In this document: in pieces, positions 1-13,597 of the stretch
Layout: each line of letters opens with the position of its first letter
Numbering within the stretch: the first letter of the stretch is position 1
NCBI RefSeq assembly: GCF_963921235.1
Contig: NC_086108.1
Span: 97,528,001 to 97,592,000 of the forward strand
From: Mobula hypostoma
Taxonomy: Eukaryota
Direction of reading: 5' to 3'
Length of the DNA: 64,000 nt
Translations under genes and position numbers: made by a program
The notes under the pieces: generated by a model
The model's database searches: none
Told to the model about the DNA's origin: nothing
Seen by the model: only the letters and a program-made list of their open reading frames with translations

Positions 1-611
1 ATTATTATTATTTATACCTTTTCTCAGCTTAAGCTAGTAAAACCTGAGGTGCGAGTTTTTATTATTGTTATTACTATTAGATTTTTGTATTTTCACGCTT
101 GTCTTCTTTTGCACACTTGTTGCTTAGTCTTTGTGTGTAGTTTTTCATTGATTCGATTGTATTTCTTTGCGCTACTGTGAATGCCTGCAAGAAAATGAAT
201 ATCAGGGTGGTATATGGTGGTACAGGTACTTTGATAATAAATTTACTTTGAACTTTGGACTTTGGCATGGAGGCACCAATGCACAGGATTGAAAAAGCTG
301 CTGAGGATTTAAACTCAGCCAGCTCCATCGTGGGCACTATCTTCCCCGTCATTGAGGACTCATAAGGGTACACAAGCTTTCAGGAGCATGAGGTGGGATC
401 TTCTCTCAGGATGCCAGCCTCCTCCGCTCATCACACGTTTTCAGCCACTGGCCTTGCTTGTGTACTGCAGGGTCAGGTGACGAAACGCTACAGTAAGTGA
501 CTAGCCCTGTCAAAAGCCCGTCATGCGGACTTGCTGTTGGAAGGAGACAGGGAGAAGCCTTCCATCGGCCTGGTCGCAGCTGCAGTGGAGGAACTGCTTT
601 ATCAGCTTCAT

Positions 612-892
612 TTGTCATGTGTACGTCAAAACATGCAGACATACAGTGAAGTGTGTTGTTTTGTGTCAACGACCAACAGCTGGGGGCAGCCTGCAAATGT
701 GACCGTGCTTCGGGTGCCAACATAGCATGCCCACGGCTTACGAACTTGCATGTCTTCTTGGACTGTGGGAGGAAACTAGAGCATTGGGAGGACACCCCTG
801 CAGCCATAGGGAGAACGTACAGACTCCTTACGGACAGCGGTGGAAATGAGCGCGAGTCGCTGGTGTTGTGTGAACCGCTACCCCACCGTGCC
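612..892 (-). mobile_element. tRNA-derived V-SINE/HE1-like SINE
   Basis: Minus strand starts GGCACGGTGG and contains a V-domain-like GCTCTAGTTTCCTCCCACAGTCCAAG; related copies at ~32400 and ~53370. Confidence 0.75.
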
Positions 893-1053
893 ACTCGTAT
901 CACTGTATCAGTAAGACAACTACAGATGTCGAAGGTATTTACAAAAGGTAAACCCTGGGACTTGTGGTTATTATTAATACCAATATAGCAGATTTCCTTT
1001 TGGTTTACAATGTGGGGATAATTTGCTAATCACAAATCTTTATTTCAATTACA

Positions 1054-1730
1054 GGAGAAATTTTGCAGGTACTTGAAATCCAAAGCAACAGCACACCAAA
1101 TGCTGGAGGAGCTCAGCAGCTCAGGCAGCAACTGTGGAAGTGAATAAACAGTCGATGAGACCCTTCGTCAGGACTGGAAAGGAAGGGGGAAAACTCCAGC
1201 ACAAAATGAGGTGGAGAGGGGAAGGAGGGTAGCTGGAAGGTGATAGGTGAAGCCAGGTGGGTAGGAAAGGTAAAGGGCTGGAGAAGAAGGAATCTGATTG
1301 GAGAAGAGAGTGGACCATAGGAGAAAGGGAAGGAGAAGAGGACCCAAGTGGTGGCAATAGGCAGGTGAGGAGAGGTAAGGGGCCAAAATGCAGAATAGAA
1401 GGTGGGGGGGGGGGGACGTTTACCAAAAGGAGAAATCAATATTCATCCCATCTGGTTAGAGGCTACCTTGATGGAATATAAGGTGTTGCTCCTTCACCCT
1501 GAGGGTAGCCTCATCGTGGACCAAGAGGAGGCCATGGACCAGCATTTCGGAATAGGAATGGGAATTGGAATTGGAATTAAAATGTTTAGCCACCAGGAAG
1601 TTTGCTTTAGGTGGTTGAAGCGGAGGGGCTTGACGAAACAGTCCCCCAATTTACGACGGGTCTCAGCAATGTAAAGGAGGCCGTGTTGGGAGCTCTGGGT
1701 ATAATAGACGACCCCAGCAGGTTTGCAGCA
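1054..1730 (-). mobile_element. Penelope-like element 3' part (decayed GIY-YIG endonuclease plus pseudo-LTR)
   Basis: Minus-strand translation near 1640-1720 gives GVVYYTQSSQHGLLYIAETRRKLG (GIY-YIG-like), followed by the pyrimidine-rich tract and pLTR shared with other copies. Confidence 0.8.
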
Positions 1731-3729
1731 ATTGTTTGGGCATCAGAGTTCCAGTGGAAGATGTAAGTGGATTAACTATGGAACTTCCTGAGTCATGAAT
1801 GAATGTATTTTCCTCCCTCAGTGAATTTTTTTATTCCTTGGCAGCGTAACAAGGGTGTTGCAGAGAATTGTCCTAATGGCCCAAAACATTGATTATTTAC
1901 TCTTCTCCACAGATACTGCCTGATTTCTTCCAGCATTTTGAGAGCATTGCTCAGGATTTCCAGCATTTGCAGAATCTCTTGTGATTATGCAGAGGACTGT
2001 TGTCGCTCTGTGTACGTTCTGCATCACAAATGGGCCACATGCACATAATCAAGGACTATACAATTTGTGTTCTCAGTATCTATCTATTTATTTATCTGTT
2101 TATTTAGCTATTACTTATTTTTTTATTATTTCTAGTTTGTCTTTTGCACGTTGGTTGTTTGTCATGTCACAATGTGTAGTTTTTCAATAATTCTATCATA
2201 TTTCTCTGTTCTGTAGCGAAAACCTGAAAGAACGTGAGTATCAAGGTAGTAGGTGATGACATATGCTTGCTTTGATAATGGGTTTACTTTGAACTTTGAT
2301 CTTTGGGAAGCACGAGAACTTAAGGCCCTGCCTCCTCAAACCTACCCTGACTTTCAAAATGATCATGGCTGTTTTACCTGGGGTTTCAGCTCCATTGGCT
2401 TCAGTTCCCCCAATCTTTCAGAAAAATAAAATCTCCCACCACTTTAACTACTTCTAATGAACTAGCTTCCATAACTTTCTGGGGCAGAGAATTGCCGAGA
2501 TTCTCCACCTACTGATTCACCAGCAGAAGTAGAAGTACCTTGGTTAATCCCTGAATAAAGCATTTTTAGTTATTCCTGTCCAAAAAGATTGATTTGCTAT
2601 TGCATAGCCCTGAAAAAGACAGCACAAACCAATGGTTTTTAAGCACATTGGGTCCTAATGACATAAATAAGGAGAAATTTCTTCTTCTACTTGAAGACTA
2701 AGATATCCAGGAGGAATAGAATTTAAAGCAGACATAAATACACAAATTTGTAAATTTGTTTATCATACGTTGGTTTATTATTGTCACATGCACTGAGATA
2801 TGGTGAAAAACTTTGTTTTGCATGTCATCCAAACTGATTATTTTATTATCACAGTACATTGAGGTAGTACAAGGGAAAATAATTAACAGAATGCAGAATA
2901 GTATTACAGTTACGAAGAAAGTGCAGAACAGCCAGACAGGTGCAAGGCCATAAGGAGGTACACTGTGAGGTCAAGAGTCCAACTTATCAACGAGGCAACA
3001 AGTTAGTCCTTTAACAGTGGGGTAGAAGCTGAACTCGGGACCACAGGCCACAAGATATAGGAGCAGAATTAGGCCATTTGGCCCATCCAGTCTGCCCTGC
3101 TATTTCATCATGGCTGATCCATTTCCCTCTCAGGCCAAGTCTCTCGCCGTCTGCCGTATCCTTTCATGCCCTGACTAATCGAGAATCTATTAGCCTCCGC
3201 CTTAAGCCTGGTGGTATGCGCTTTCAGGCTTTTGTATCCTCTGCCTGATGGGACGGGGGAGATGAGACAATGTCTGAGGAGGGTGGGGGGGTCTTTGATT
3301 ATGCTGGCAGCTTTAATCAGGCAGCAATATGTACCGACAGAGTCCTTGCAGGGGAGGCTGGTCTCTCATGATTTGCTGAGCTGTGTCCACAACCCTCTGC
3401 AGTCGCTTGTAGTTAAGGGCAGGGCAGTGCCATGCCAAACCATGACGCATCCGGAAATGGGTGAGGGTCAAAGAAGGCAAGCAAAATTTTGTTTAGGCTC
3501 CTGTGGAAGTAGAGGTGCATGGAAACCTTTGATGAACATAGGACCCCCAACTTATGAAGGATAATTAAAGTGGATGGATGCTCCCCAAATCCTGGTCACT
3601 TATCCCAGTGTGAATTCTTACAAACTCGTTGGAATTCTCCTGCCTTTTCCCTGTAACCTTTGATGCCCTGTCTAATCAAGAACCTATCGACATCTGCTTT
3701 AAATATACCCAACAACTTAGTATTATAAC

Positions 3730-4605
3730 CGACTGTCTAAAACTTTACCCCTCTGAAAGCATTGCCCTCCACTCTCTCTGCACTGATCCCAACCTTACCA
3801 TCAAACCTGCAGGTAAAGGCAGTGCTGCTGTAGTGTGGCAGACTGACCTCTACCTTACTGAGGCCAGGTGGCCACTCTCAGGCTCCTTAATGATACCTAT
3901 CCCTTGAAAAGGACCCCATTCTGTACCATCAGAAAATTATCTCCGATACCATCACTAACATCATCAGGTCTGGAGAACTTCCATCCAGTGCCACCAAACT
4001 TATAGCTCCCTTACCTCAGATTGCTCATTTCTATCTCCTAGCCAACATCCATAAGCCTGACTGTCTGGGTAGGCCCATTGTCTCTGCCTGTTGCTGCCCC
4101 ACTGAATTCATATCAACAGACCTCAACTGCATTCTATCCCCCTTAGCTCAATCTCTTTCCCCCCCTATATCCTCGGCACTTCACATACTTCCGATCTCCT
4201 CAGCAACTTTCAATCCCCTAGCCTTGACTGCCTCATTTTCACCATGGATGTCCAGTCCTTAAACACTTCTAACCCCATCAAAAAGTCTGTAAAGCTCTCT
4301 GCCTCTTTTTCAATAAAAGAACCAATAAGTTCCCTTCCACTACCACCCTCCTCTGTTTGGCAGAACTGGTCCTCACCCTCAGCAATTTTTCCTTCAGCTC
4401 CCTCCTCTGTCTCCAATCTCATGGGGTAGCTAACGAAAAGGCAAGCTACCCTTTTCATTGGCCCTGTTCCAAGCCTTCCCTGGTAATGCTCCCCAACTCT
4501 TCCTGCACTACATTAACAGCTGCAGTGGTACTGCTTCAAGTACCCATGCTGAGCTCATCAGTTTCATCAACTTTTCCTCCAACTTACACCCTGCGCTTAA
4601 ATTCA
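3730..4605 (+). pseudogene. Penelope-like reverse transcriptase fragment, decayed
   Basis: LHSLCTDPNLTIKPAGKG (KPADKG motif), MDVQSLNTSNP (MDVxSLYTxIP) and LHYINSC (RYIDD remnant) in successive frames; cut by a CR1 at 4606. Confidence 0.85.
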
Positions 4606-7128
4606 TAGAACATAGAATAGTACAGCACAGTACAGGCCCTTCGGCCCACAGTGTTGTGCCGACCCTCAAACCCTGCCTCCCATATAACCCCCCAACTTAA
4701 ATTCTTCCATATAACTGTCCAGTAGTCCCTTAAATTTCACTAGTGTATCTGCCTCCACCACTGACTCAGGCAGTGCATTCCACACACGAAACACTCTCTG
4801 AGTTAAAATCCTCCCTCCAATATCCCCCTTGAACTTTCCACCCCTTACATTAAAGCCGTGTCCTCTTGTATTGAGCTGCAGTGCCCTGGGAAAGAGGCGC
4901 TGGCTACCCACTCTATCTATTCCTCTTAATATCTTGTACACCTCTATCATGTCTCTTCTCATCCTCCTTCTCTCCAAAGAGTAAAGCCTTAGCTCCCTTA
5001 ATCTCTGATCATAATCCATACTCTCTAAACCAGGCAACATCCTGGTAAATCTCCTCTGTACCCTTTCCAATGCTTCCACATCCTTCCTATAGTGAGGCAA
5101 CCAGAACTGGACACAGTACTCCAAGTGTGGCCTAACCAGAATTTTATAGAGTTGCATCATTACCTCGCGACTCTTAAACTCTGTCCCTCGACTTATGAAA
5201 GCTAACACCCCATAAGCTTTCTTAACTACCCTATCTACCTGTGAGGCAACTTTCAGGGATCTGTGGACATGTACCCCCAGATCTCTCTGCTCCTCCACAG
5301 TACCAAGTATCCTGCCATTTACTTTGTACTCTGCCTTGGCGTTTGTCCTTCCAAAGTGTACCACCTCACACTTCTCCGGGTTGGACTCCATCTGCCACTT
5401 TTCAGCCCATTTCTGCATCCTATCAATGTCTCTCTGCAATCTTCGACAATCCTCTACACTATCTACAACACCACCAACTTTGTGTTGTCTGTAAACTTGC
5501 CAACCCACCCTTCTACCCCCACATCCAGGTCGTTAATAAAAATCACAAAAAGTAGAGGTCCCAGAACTGATCCTTGTGGGACACCGCTAGTCACAATCCT
5601 CCAATCTGAATGTACTCCCTCCACCACCACCCTCTGCCTTCTGCAGGCAAGCCAATTCTGAATCCACCTGGCCAAACTTCCCTGGATCCCATGCCTTCTA
5701 ACTTTCTGAATAAGCCTACCGTGTGAAACCTTGTCAAATGCCTTACTAAAATCCATGTAGATCACATCTACTGCACTACCCTCATCTATATGCCTGGTCA
5801 CCTCCTCAAAGAAATCTATCAGGCTTGTTGGACACGATTTGCCCTTCACAAAGCCATGCTGTCTGTCCCTGTTCAGACCATGATTCTCTAAATGCCCATA
5901 GATCCTATCTCTAAGAATCTTTTCCAGCAGCTTTCCCACTACAGACGTAAGGCTCATTGGTCTATAATTACCCGGACTATCCCTACTACCTTTTTTGAAC
6001 AAGGGGACAACATTCGCCTCCCTCCAATCCTCCGGTACCATTCCCGTGGACAAAGCGGACATAAAGATCCTAGCCAGAGGCTCAGCAATCTCTTCCCTCG
6101 TCTCTTGGAGCAGACTGGGGAATATTCCATCAAGCCCTGGGGACTTATCCATCCTAATGTATTTTAACAACTCCAACACTTCCTCTCCCTTAATATCAAC
6201 ATGCCCCTTAACATCAACCTCACTCATATTGTCCTCACCATCATCAAGTTCCCTTTCATTGGTGAATACCGAAGAGAAGTATTCATTGAGGACCTCGCTC
6301 ACTTCCACAGCCTCCAGGCACATCTTCCCACTTTTATCAGTCCTACCTTTACTCCTGTCATTCTTTTGTTCTTCACATAATTAAAGAATACCTTGGGATT
6401 TTCCTTTACCAAGGCCTTTTCCTGCCCCCTTCTTGCTCTTCTCAGCCCCTTCTTAAGCTCCTTTCTTGCTCCCCTATATTCCTCAATAGACCCATCTGAT
6501 CATTGCTTCCTAAACCTCATGTATGCTGCCTTCTTCCACCTGACTAGATTTTCCACCTCACTTGTCACCCATGGTTCCTTCACCCTACCATTCTTTATCT
6601 TCCTCACCGGGACAAATTTATCCTTAACATCCTGCAAGAGATCCCTAAACATCAACCACATGTCCATAGTACATTTCCCTGCAAAAACATCATCCCAATT
6701 CACACCTGCAAGTTCTAGCCTTATAGCCTCATAATTTGCCCTTTCCCAATTAAAAATTTTCCTGTGCTCTCTGATTCTATCCTTTTCCATGATAATGCTA
6801 AAGGCCAGGGAGCGGTGGTCACTGTCCCCCAGATGCTCACCCACTGAGAGATCTGTGACCTGACCCGGTTCATTACCTAGTACTAGATCTAGTATGGCAT
6901 TCCCCCTAGTCGGCCTGTCAACATACTGTGACAGGAATCCATCCTGGACACACTTAACAAACTCTGCCCCGTCTAAACCATTGGAACTAATCAGGTGCCA
7001 ATCAATATTAGGGAAGTTAAAGTCACCAATGTTAATTTTTCACCTTTTCAAAATCTGCCTCCCAATCTGCTCCTCTGTATCTCTGCTGCCACCTGGGAAC
7101 CTACAGAATACCCCCAATAGAGTAACTG
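4606..7128 (-). mobile_element. CR1 LINE subfamily A, 5'-truncated, ORF2 (APE C-terminus plus RT) broken by frameshifts
   Basis: ORFs 6500-6844, 5463-6323 and 4666-5508 carry [35 protein letters not shown] and VRPHLEYCVQFW; CR1-type (TTCTATG)n tail at 4606-4620. Confidence 0.95.
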
Positions 7129-7129
7129 C

Positions 7130-7748
7130 TTGGTCCATTTCCACCACCTCCCTCTCCTTTCTCAATTTTGGTCCCCATTTCTGGAGACAAGCTGTCTAGA
7201 TCTTCAGAGATGTTGACACCTAGAAGCCTGAAGCTGGTCACCTTTTCCATGGCTGACCCCTCCACAAGAACTGGTTTGTATTTTCCTGACTTCCCCTTCC
7301 TAAAGTCCACAATCAGTTCCTTGATTTTACTGACACTGAGTGCAAGCTTGTTGCGACACCATTCAACAGCCAATCTGTCTCACTTCTGTACACCTCCTTG
7401 TCACCATCTGAGGTCCTGCCAACAACAGTTGTGTCATCGGCGAATTTATAGATGCCATTTGCGCTGTGTGCCCAGCCACACAGTCATGAGTGTAGAGACA
7501 GTAGAGCAGTGGGCTAACACACATCCTTGAGGTGTGCCTGTGCTGATTGTCAGCGAGCAGGAAATATTATTTCTGATCTAGACTGATTGTAGTCTCCCAA
7601 TGAGAAAGTTAAGGGTTCAGCGAGGCCTAGGTTTTGAAGCTGGTGATTAGTAGTGAGGGGATGATTGTGTTGAATGCTGAGCTGTAATCAATAAACAGCA
7701 GCCTGATGTAGGTATTGTCCAGGTGATCCAAGGCTGACTGGAGAACCT
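7130..7748 (-). mobile_element. Rex1/Babar-like LINE RT fragment
   Basis: ORF 7101-7373: WCRNKLALSVSKIKELIVDFRK...FRLLGVNISEDL, homologous to the RT C-terminus at 47784-48556. Confidence 0.8.
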
Positions 7749-7759
7749 GTGAGAGCCAG

Positions 7760-8097
7760 AATTTCAGATGTGTTGCTTGGATTTCCAGCATCTACAGACT
7801 TTCTCATGTTTGTGATTCTACTACTACACTGCGAGATCTCTTCCAGAGATGCCTACCCTGAAGAAGTTTTAAATATTCCCTTCGCTGGGCATTCTGTGAA
7901 ACTCTCTCTCACTGTTTCCATCTCTGTGATCTCTGCTGTCCTCTGATTTTTAACCCTTCCCACGTCTTGTTGCTCTGACTTTTCATCTGATTTCCCAGTC
8001 CTGATGAAGGGTCTTGGCCGGAAAACATCAACTGTTGACTCTGTTCCACAGATGCTGCCCGGCCAGCTGAGTTTTTCCGGCATTTTGTGTGTTGCTG
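7760..8097 (+). mobile_element. PLE-derived pseudo-LTR with a variant hammerhead at 7996-8034
   Basis: CAGTC-CTGATGA-AGGGTCTTGGCCG-GAAAACATC-AACTG followed by the family tail AGATGCTGCC...GCATTTTGTGTG. Confidence 0.75.
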
Positions 8098-9539
8098 GGA
8101 GAGCCAGTGTGATTGCACCCACGGTAGAACCATCTGTATTATTACAGAGATGAAAAGTTATTAAGAAAGTATTACAAAAAGTACTTAATTGACAACAGAC
8201 CCAAAGAAAATTCAAATCATTGACTGATTGGGCTTCTGAGGCTCAATTGGCACTAAATTAAATCCTGGAAGATGTGTTACTTTCATTAATACGCCACTGT
8301 TATATCTTGTCTCAATCAATCCACTCAGTTAAGTGGAGCCCATAATTTCCCAGCAGCTTTATCTTCAAACTCAACTTGACTGTACTAATGTCATCAAACT
8401 GTTTGTACTAACGTCATAAAACTTCTAAATTTTTTTTGCATGCATCCATTCATAAATTACTTCTGACAACATTAGCTGATAGTTGCTTGACATACTAATA
8501 CAACGCTATTCTATCAACTATTTTAAGAGTCATTAACCTGATTAAATAAATGGGTTACTGCCTCCCTTAAAATAGCAGGCAGGCTAATGGATGCATGAAT
8601 AAAGCATTAGCTAATTTGGCCATAGTAATCTCTGGACTTCTATTATAGCGAAGGTTGAAATAAACTCTCTCATTGCCTTTGATACCAATACCATTTTTGT
8701 TAATCGAGAACTATGCTTTTTTTAGAATAGGTCTCGGTTCAAATGGACTCTTGCAACTTCAGTTAAATCAGATGTAATATACTAGATCGATGTCCCAGAT
8801 CAGTGGGTCCTGGGATTAGATGTCTATGTGAGAAGGAGGCGCAAGAGGGCCCGTGAGTTGGCGAGGCCGGAGTCTGAGGCTTGGAATTCAGAGTCCCGTC
8901 GGTGGCTAGTCAGGGGGTCAATACTGAAGGTTGGTCAGAAGTTCAGATTGCTGTAGTCTGGAGACTGGAGACCCGGAGGCCTGTCCTGTGGTTAGAGGAC
9001 AGTCCGTGTGTGTGGGTGGGAGGGAGGAACAGGGCTTGTTTTGCTGTTGTGTTCTGTTTTGCCGGGGCATTATTGACATGCTGCGCGGGTGCCGGAACGT
9101 GTGGCCAAACTCGTGGCCCCCAGCACGTCCTCAGACTGTGTTGGTTGTTAACGCAAACAATGCATTTCACCGTATGTTTTGATGTACAAGTGGTAACTAA
9201 ATCTGAACTTGAATCTGAAGCCAGATATTTTGGTATTCTCCCATTAGGCTGTCTATGCTCTGCTTATCACACTAACTCGCTAATAAAAACAGAACTTAAT
9301 CTGATGACAATCAAGAATCAATTTTAAATCACTGCATTTATTTTCAGCTTATTTTCTTAAGACCCTGAGAGCAGCCATAGTTATTCACCATGGAAACAGG
9401 CCATTCGGTCCAACACTTCCATACTAACCAAGGTGCCTTCCTGAGCCAGTCCCAGTTGCCTCCATTTGGACCATATTCCTCCAAACCTTTCTTGTCCTTG
9501 GAACTTCTCAAATGTATTGGGCTTCTTATCAAAGAAACA

Positions 9540-10045
9540 ATGTGCTGGCATTGGAGAGGGTCCAGAGAAGGTTCACAAGAATGATCCTGGGAATGAAAGG
9601 GTTAACATATGAGGCATGTTGAATGGTTCTGGGCCTGTACTCACTAGAGTTCCGCAGAATGAGGTGGGATTTCATTGAAACCTATCGAATATTGAAAGAT
9701 CTGGATAGAGAGATTGTGGAGAGGATGTTTTCTATGCTGTGGGAGTCTAGGAACAGAGGCCACAGCATCAGAGTACAAGGATGTCCCATTTGATCAGAGA
9801 TGAGGAGGTATTTCTTTAGCCAGAGTATGGTGAACCTGTGGAATTTATTGCTACAGAATACTGTGGAGACCAAGTCATTGGGTATATTTAAGGTGGAGGT
9901 TGATAGGTTCTTGATTAGTTGGAGCATGAAAAGTTAGGGGGAGAAGGCAGGAGAATGAGGTTGAGAGGGATGATAAATCAGCCATTATGGAATGACAGTG
10001 CAGGCCTGATGGGCCGAATGGCCTGATTCTGCTCCTGTACCGTAT
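9540..10045 (+). mobile_element. CR1 LINE 3' fragment
   Basis: LERVQRRFTRMILGMKGLTYE and VNLWNLL-like coding remnants plus CR1 3' UTR. Confidence 0.85.
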
Positions 10046-10542
10046 AGTTTTAAGGCCTTTTAAATGTTGTGCATGGATCTTTTGAGTTATGTGGCCGAGA
10101 GAAGAAATGTCAAAATATATGAAGAATATGTTTTAACAAGGTTGTTAGGAATTATTTTCATTCCTGAAGTAGCTCAAGATTATCTGAAGCTTTTTTTTAA
10201 ACACAGCTAAAGACTTCGCTTTTCAAAAATGAAGGGCAAATCTCCTTCCAGGTGTTCTAAATCTGTGACAAGCTGTGCTTCAAATCCAGAGGGATGTGTT
10301 GACCTGCAAAATTTTCGATTATCATCTTAAAGATGCGAAATGCAACAAAATTAGTTAAGAACTCCTGTTGGGAAAATATATGGGCATGGGTGACTTTCTC
10401 GAAGCTGTCAGAGAAGCTATCATCAAGCAGCATGGTGCCCCAGGAAGAAATGATTGATATTTATTTGTTAATGAGGACAAGGGTGTGGAGGCACTGCTGG
10501 TGGAACAAGACATAGACACAGGAGATGCTGAAAACCCAGAGC

Positions 10543-13500
10543 GTAGAACATAGAACATAGAATAGTAGAGCACAGTACAGGCCCTTTGGCCCACAATGTT
10601 GTGCCGACCCTCAAACCCTGCCTCCCATATAACCTCCCCACCTTAAATTCCTCCATATACCTGTCTAGTAGTCCCTTAAACTTCACAAGTATATCTGCCT
10701 CCACCACTGACTCAGGCAGTGCATTCCACGCACCAACCACTCTCTGAGTAAAAAACCTTCTTCTAATATCCCCCTTGAACTTCCCACCCCTTATCTTAAA
10801 TCCATGTCCTCTTGTATTGAGAAGTGGTGCCCTGGGAAAGAGGTGCTGGCTATCCACTCTATCTATTCCTCTTATTATCTTGTACACCTCTATCATGTCT
10901 CCTCTCATCCTGCTTCCCTCCAAAGCGTAAAGCCCTAGCTCCCTTAATCTCTGATCATAATCCATACTCTCGAAACCAGGCAGCATCCTGGTAAATCTCC
11001 TCTGTACCCTTTCCAATGCTTCCACATCCTTCCTATAGTGAGACGACCAGAACTGGACACAATACTCCAAGTGTGGCCTAACCAGAGTTTTATTGAGCTG
11101 CATCACTACATCGCGATGCTTAAACTCTATCCCTCGACTTATAGAAACTTAGAAACATAGAAAATAGGTGCAGGAGTAGGCCATTTGGCCCTTCGAGCCT
11201 GCACCGTCATTTATTATGATCATGGCTGATCATCCAACTCAGAACCCCGCCCCAGCCTTCCCTCCATACCCCCTGACCCCCGTAGCCACAAGGGCCATAT
11301 CTAACTCCCTCTTAAATATAGCCAATGAACTGGCCTCAACAGTTTCCTGTGGCAGAGAATTCTACAGATTCACCACTCTCTGTGTGAAGAAGTTTTTCCT
11401 AATCTCGGTCCTAAAAGGCTTCCCCTCTATCCTCAAACTGTGACCCCTCGTTCTGGACTTCCCCAACATCGGGAACAATCTTCCTGCATCTAGCCTGTCC
11501 AATCCCTTTAGGATCTTATACGTTTCAATCAGATCCCCCCTCAATCTTCTAAATTCCAACGAGTACAAGCCCAATTCATCCAGTCTTTCTTCATATGAAA
11601 GTCCCGCCATCCCAGGAATCAATCTGGTGAACCTTCTTTGTACTCCCTCTATGGCAAAGATGTCTTTCCTCAGATTAGGGGACCAAAACTGCACACAATA
11701 CTCCAGGTGTGGTCTCACCAAGGTCTTGTACAACTGCAGTAGTACGTCCCTGCTCCTGTACTCGAATCCTCTCGCTATAAATGCCAGCATACCATTCGCC
11801 TTTTTCACCGCCTGCTGTACCTGCATGCCCACTTTCAATGACTGGTGTATAATGACACCCAGGTCTCGTTGCACCTCCCCTTTTCCTAATCGGCCACCAT
11901 TCAGATAATAATCTGTTTTCCTATTTTTGCCACCATAGTGGATAACTTCACATTTATCCACGTTAAATTGCATCTGCCATGAATTTGCCCACTCACCCAA
12001 CCTATCCAAGTCACCCTGCATCCTCTTAGCATCCTTCTCACTGCTAACACTGCCATCCAGCTTCGTGTCATCCGCAAACTTGGAGATGCTGCATTTAATT
12101 CCTTCATCCAAGTCATTAATATATATTGTAAACAACTGGGGTCCCAGCACTGAGCCTTGCGGTACCCCACTAGTCACCGCCTGCCATTCTGAAAAGGTCC
12201 CGTTTATTCCCACTCTTTGCTTCCTGTCTGCTAACCAATTCTCCACCCACACCAATACCTTACCCCCAATACCGTGTGATTTAAGTTTGCACACTAATCT
12301 CCTGTGTGGGACCTTGTCAAAAGCCTTTTGAAATCCAAATATACCACATCCACTGGTTCTCCCCTATCCACTCTACTAGTTACATCCTCAAAAAATTCTA
12401 TGAGATTCGTCAGACATGATTTTCCTTTCACAAATCCATGCTGACTTTGTCCGATCATTTCACCGCTTTCCAGATGTGCTGTTATCACATCCTTGATAAC
12501 TGACTCCAGCAGTTTCCCCACCACCGACGTTAGGCTAACTGGTCTATGATTCCCCGGTTTCTCTCTCCCTCCTTTTTTAAAAAGTGGGGTTACATTAGCC
12601 ACCCTCCAATCCTCAGGAACTAGTCCAGAATCTAACGAGTTTTGAAAAATTATCACTAATGCATCCACTATTTCTTGGGCTACTTCTTTAAGCACTCTAG
12701 GATGCAGACCATCTGGCCCTGGGGATTTATCTGCCTTCAATCCCTTCAATTTACCTAACACCACTTCCCTATTAACATGTATTTCGCTCAGTTCCTCCAT
12801 CCCACTGGACCCTCTGTCCCTTACTATTTCTGGAAGATTATTTATGTCCTCCTTAGTGAAGACAGAACCAAAGTAACTATTCAATTGGTCTGCCATGTCC
12901 TTGCTCCCCATAATCAATTCACCTGTTTTTGTCTGCAGGGGACCTACATTTGTATTTACCAGTCTTTTCCTTTTTACATATCTATAAAAGCTTTTACAGT
13001 CCGTTTTTATGTTCCCTGCCAGTTTTCTCTCATAATCTTTTTTCCCCTTCCTAATTAAGCCCTTTGTCCTCCTCTGCTGAACTCTGAATTTCTCCCAGTC
13101 CTCAGGTGAGCCACTTTCTCTGGCTAATTTGTATGCTTCTTCTTTGGAATTGATACTATCCCTAATTTCTCTTGTCAGCCACTGGTGCACTACCTTCCTT
13201 GATTTATTCTTTTGCCAAACTGGGATGAACAATTGTTGTAGTTCATCCATGCAACCTTTAAATGCTTGCCATTGCATATCCACCGTCAATCCTTTAAGTG
13301 TCATTTGCCAGTCTATCTTAGCTAATTCACGTCTCATACCTTCAAAGTTACCCCTTTTTAAGTTCAGAACCTTTGTTTCTGAATTAATTATGTTAATGTT
13401 ATGAAAGCTAACACCCCATAAGTTTTTTTAACTACCCAATCTACCTGTGAGGCAACTTTCAGTGATCTGTGGACATGTACCCCCAGATGCCTCTGCTCCT

Positions 13501-13597
13501 CCACACTACCAAGTATCCTGCCATTTACTTTGTACTCTGCCTTGGAGTTTGTCTTTCCAAAGTGTACTTACCTCACACTTCTCCGGGTTGAACTCCA
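10543..13597 (-). mobile_element. CR1 subfamily A copy split by a nested CR1 (pieces 10543-11142 and 13399-13597)
   Basis: Both pieces are near-identical to 4606-5390 and join at ...CTCGACTTAT|GAAAGCTAAC, as at ~5187-5206. Confidence 0.9.
11143..13398 (-). mobile_element. CR1 LINE subfamily B, young, ORF2 nearly intact
   Basis: Abutting ORFs 12294-13337 (347 aa) and 11362-12294 (310 aa) with RT motifs [11 protein letters not shown] and KFADDTKL; one frameshift near 12330; TTAT at both junctions. Confidence 0.95.

Noticed and set aside
470..500. TGACGAAAC resembling a hammerhead core
   Set aside because: No upstream CUGANGA and no closing stems.
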